Part shown: piece after piece, positions 13,401 through 16,604 of the stretch | Layout of the letters: every line of letters starts with the position of its first letter | How positions within the stretch are numbered: the stretch's first letter is position 1 | DNA from: Vulcanimicrobiota bacterium | GTDB lineage: Bacteria > Vulcanimicrobiota > Vulcanimicrobiia > Vulcanimicrobiales > Vulcanimicrobiaceae | Assembly: GCA_003135555.1 (NCBI GenBank) | Contig: PLCF01000096.1 | Coordinates: 1 to 16,604, forward strand | DNA length: 16,604 nucleotides | Direction of reading: 5' to 3' | Notes under the pieces: model-generated | Seen by the model: only the letters and a program-made list of their open reading frames with translations | The model's database searches: none | Told to the model about the DNA's origin: nothing | Translations under genes and position numbers: made by a program

Positions 13401-16262
13401 TCAGGCGGGGGTCGCCAGGGCCGCCGCGCGGGGGCGGAAGGTGACCGTCACGCGGGTCCCCCCGTTTAGGGTCGACCCGATCTCGAGGCCGTCGGCGACC
13501 GCTCGCACCAGGCCCAGTCCCCGGCCGGTCTCCGCGTACGGGTCGAGGCCATGCTCGTCGTCCTTGAACCCCGCGCCGTTGTCTTCGACGACCAGCGTCG
13601 CCTGACGGTCGCCGTCGGTCGAGACCAGCACGCGAACCGGTCCGGGCGCGTGGCGCACGACGTTCGCGATCAGCTCGCCGAACGCCAACTGGCTGCCGAA
13701 GCCGGCGTCCTCGTTGCCGGTCCAGGCCCCGACCAGCTCGCCGACTTGGCGCCGGACCAAGCCTCCGGTGCGCGCGTCGCCGCTCATGAAGCGCCATTCG
13801 TGTTCGTCGCCGGGCAGCTCGGCCGCGAAGCGATCGACGCTGAGCGTGAGAATCGCGATGTCGTCGGTCGGTTCGTCCTCGCCCAGGACCGCCTTCATCA
13901 GGGCCGCGGCGAGATGATCGATGTCCTCGCGCGCGAGCGCCCGGATCGCATCTTCGATGCGGCGTTCGCCTTCGTCTAAATTGCGCGCGAACTCCATGAG
14001 CCCGTCGGTGAACATCACCAGCGTGCACGGCGCCTTGAGGCGCACCACGAAGTCGACCCCTTCGTCGTCGCGCAGCCCGATCGGCAAGCCCGCGCCGAGC
14101 AGCCGGCGCAGCCCGCTCCCGTCGTCGATGAGCGGCGGAGGGTGACCGGCCGTCGCGTATGCGAAGCGTCCCGTGACCGGATCGAGCACGCCGAAGATCG
14201 CCGTAACGAACACCGTTCGGCCGCTGGCGATGAGCAGCCGGCTGGCGCGGTCGAGGATCGCCGACGGATCGGCTGATTCGAACGACGCGGCGCGCAGCGC
14301 CTGGCGGATCTCACCCATGATCACCGCCGCTTCGAGCCCGTGACCGGTCACGTCGCCGATGGTGAGTGCGACGCGGCCGTCGGGCAGTTCGAACGCGTCG
14401 TAGAAGTCGCCGCCGACGCGCTGCGACTCCGAGGCTGCTGAGTAGGACGCCGAGAAGCGGAAGTCCGGCAGCAACGGCAGTTGCGCGGGCAGCATCGCGC
14501 GCTGCAGCGCGTCGGCCGTCGTGCGCTCGCGTTCGTACAGGCGCGCGTGTTCGAGCGAGAGCGCCGCGCGGCGCGCGAACTCACGCACCAGCGCGATGTC
14601 GTCGAGATCGTAGGCGCGACCGCTGCTGCGCACCAGCGCCAGCGCGCCGATGGTCACGTCGGCGCTCACCAGCGGAACGATCATCGCAGCACCGGCGGGC
14701 AGATCCCGCACCCACGGATCGGGGAAGCGGTCGGGCTTGTCGAGGACGACCGGGTCGCCGGCGGCGACGATGGCGGCGACCGCGTCGTGCAGCGCGGGCT
14801 GCAAGGGTGCGCCGATCCACCGGCGCGTGTCGAGCTCGTCGGAGAGATCGGTGCTGCCCAGCCCGGTCAAGACGAAGCGCGCGTCGTCGTCGAGCAGCGC
14901 CACCCAGGTACGCTCGGCCAGGCGCGGGATCAACAGCGATTTCATCGCCGCAACCGTCGCCGTCACGTCGAGCGACGCGCCGAGGCGCTCGCCGGCGCGG
15001 GCCAGGAACGCCTCGCGCTCCTCGAGCCGTTTTTGCGTATCGACATCGGTGCAGGTGCCGATCCACGCGACGACGTCACCGCTCTGGCCGCGCGCCGGGA
15101 CGACATTGACGAGGAACCACCGATAGCGCGCCGTCACGCCTTCGCGCAGACGATACTCCGCCGCAAACGGTTCACCGGTGCTCAGGGACTGCCGCCAGCG
15201 GTCGCGGATGCTGACCTCGTGATCGGGGTGCAGCGCCGCGCGCCAGCCCGCGTCGCGCGAGCCTTCGAGATCGTAGCCCGTATAGGCAACCCAACGATCG
15301 TTCACGTACTCGACGTCGCCGTTCGCGTTGGTGGTCCAGATCAGCTGTGGAACGACGTTGGCCAACGAGACGTAGCGAGCTTCGCCGACCGCGAGCGCTT
15401 CGGCCGTCGAGCGGCTGCGCGCGGCCAGCCGCAGCATCAGATCGTTGATCTTCACCAGGAAGATCGTCAACACGACGACCGCCGCGATGAGCTCTTCGAC
15501 GCGCCCGGCGTACCACCCGAACGAATAGCGCCCCGACGACAGCTCCCCGCCGCTGACGATTGCGACCGTTCGCGCGACGACCACGACGCTGAGCCATACC
15601 TCCGTCACCGTCTGCAGGCGGTCGGCCACGACGACGAGCGCGACCAGCATCAATCCGACCGTGCAGGGCAGAACGACGCGCGCCCAGGTTCCGGTATAGC
15701 TGCCGCCCTGCATCGGTTCGGGCAGCGCGGAGTGACCAAGCGTCACGACCAGCGCGACGACGATGACGGCCCCCAGCGTCGCCAGCGCGATCACCCGCAC
15801 CGTGTTGCGAGAAACGTTCCAGCCGCGGCGTGAGGCGAGGCCCTCGGCGATCAAAAACGCGGCGAACCCGCACTCCGAGGCGATGTACGACCACGCCGCG
15901 GTCTGCGACCCGGCCGCCAGCAAACCGCTGGCCGAGAAGATCCCCGGAAAGGTGAGCAGATACAGCATTTGCGTCAGCGCCGCGTACGCGTACGCGATCG
16001 CGAGCAGCGCCAATTTGAGGTCGCGCTCGATGCGGTACTGCACGTAGAGCAACACCGTGGTGAGCACCAGCGCGACGATGCTCGCGCCGACGACGGTCGG
16101 GACGAACGCCGGCACTTGGCCGATCTTGAGCGGCGAGAACGGCAACGAGACGACGAACAGCACGATGAGCAGGGCCACGCTCGCGGCAGCCCAGCGCCGG
16201 TCGGCCGGCGCCGCGGGCGCGGTCGCGATGTTCTCGATCGCGCGAGCTTCGAACGCTCTCAC
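13401..16262 (-). CDS. Membrane sensor: MASE4-like TM domain, PAS, GAF, SpoIIE (PP2C) phosphatase, RsbW-like HATPase
   Basis: TM region with 'LTFPGIF..GLL.AGSQTAAW'. PAS 'VPQLIW...YVNDRWVAYTG...GWRAALHPD...EYRLR...YRWFL'. PP2C motifs VGGDFYD, IGDVTGHG, AGHPPP, FTDGL and DDIAIL. HATPase motifs ELIANVVRH, EDNGAGF and ETGRGLGLV. Exact start uncertain. Confidence 0.9.
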   Translation of the reverse strand: MRAFEARAIENIATAPAAPADRRWAAASVALLIVLFVVSLPFSPLKIGQVPAFVPTVVGASIVALVLTTVLLYVQYRIERDLKLALLAIAYAYAALTQMLYLLTFPGIFSASGLLAAGSQTAAWSYIASECGFAAFLIAEGLASRRGWNVSRNTVRVIALATLGAVIVVALVVTLGHSALPEPMQGGSYTGTWARVVLPCTVGLMLVALVVVADRLQTVTEVWLSVVVVARTVAIVSGGELSSGRYSFGWYAGRVEELIAAVVVLTIFLVKINDLMLRLAARSRSTAEALAVGEARYVSLANVVPQLIWTTNANGDVEYVNDRWVAYTGYDLEGSRDAGWRAALHPDHEVSIRDRWRQSLSTGEPFAAEYRLREGVTARYRWFLVNVVPARGQSGDVVAWIGTCTDVDTQKRLEEREAFLARAGERLGASLDVTATVAAMKSLLIPRLAERTWVALLDDDARFVLTGLGSTDLSDELDTRRWIGAPLQPALHDAVAAIVAAGDPVVLDKPDRFPDPWVRDLPAGAAMIVPLVSADVTIGALALVRSSGRAYDLDDIALVREFARRAALSLEHARLYERERTTADALQRAMLPAQLPLLPDFRFSASYSAASESQRVGGDFYDAFELPDGRVALTIGDVTGHGLEAAVIMGEIRQALRAASFESADPSAILDRASRLLIASGRTVFVTAIFGVLDPVTGRFAYATAGHPPPLIDDGSGLRRLLGAGLPIGLRDDEGVDFVVRLKAPCTLVMFTDGLMEFARNLDEGERRIEDAIRALAREDIDHLAAALMKAVLGEDEPTDDIAILTLSVDRFAAELPGDEHEWRFMSGDARTGGLVRRQVGELVGAWTGNEDAGFGSQLAFGELIANVVRHAPGPVRVLVSTDGDRQATLVVEDNGAGFKDDEHGLDPYAETGRGLGLVRAVADGLEIGSTLNGGTRVTVTFRPRAAALATPA

Positions 16263-16300
16263 GGCGCCACCGCGCGCCGCCGCCGCCGGTTTAGGTTGGT

Positions 16301-16604
16301 GTGAACAAGCAAACCGCGACCTTTGCCGCCGGCTGTTTCTGGGGCGTCGAGGCGGATTTTCGGGAGATCCCGGGCGTGCTCGACGCAGCGGCCGGCTACA
16401 CCGGCGGGGCGACGCAAAACCCGAGCTACCGCGAGGTCTGCACCGGCTCGACGGGGCACGCCGAGGCCGTCCGCGTGACCTTCGACGCGGATCAGGTCTC
16501 GTACGCTACGCTCGTCGATGCGTTCTGGGCGCTCCATGACCCCACTCAGCTCAACCGTCAGGGACCCGACGTCGGCACGCAGTACCGCTCCGCCGTGTTC
16601 TATC
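16301..16604 (+). CDS. msrA: Peptide methionine sulfoxide reductase A (5' part; runs off the window)
   Basis: Not in the ORF track; hand translation from GTG 16301 gives [20 protein letters not shown]...GYTGG...[18 protein letters not shown]...[23 protein letters not shown]. Confidence 0.96.
   Translation, partial: MNKQTATFAAGCFWGVEADFREIPGVLDAAAGYTGGATQNPSYREVCTGSTGHAEAVRVTFDADQVSYATLVDAFWALHDPTQLNRQGPDVGTQYRSAVFY

Overview
High-GC bacterial chromosomal window (roughly 70% GC by eye). The gene style (Pro/Thr-linker lipoproteins, SpoIIE/RsbW fusion, several leaderless genes) suggests Ca. Eremiobacterota/Vulcanimicrobium-like, which is inference only. Left to right: a minus-strand operon of ilvE, a secreted S9 peptidase and a family-5 peptide-binding lipoprotein (truncated at the left edge). 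It is preceded by an unannotated 26-aa Val/Ile/Leu-rich leader peptide with mutually exclusive hairpins, i.e. a candidate branched-chain amino acid attenuator. Then two tandem paralogous beta-propeller-like lipoproteins, an FAH-family hydrolase, modB-modC without modA, a degenerate RsbW-like protein, a MarR regulator with tandem operators, and a VOC protein divergent from a YafY-type HTH-WYL-WCX gene broken by one in-frame TAA. Finally a small Cys/His protein, a MASE4-PAS-GAF-SpoIIE-HATPase sensor and the 5' part of msrA. No mobile element, CRISPR array, tRNA or rRNA was seen. All family calls come from motif recognition, not database searches.
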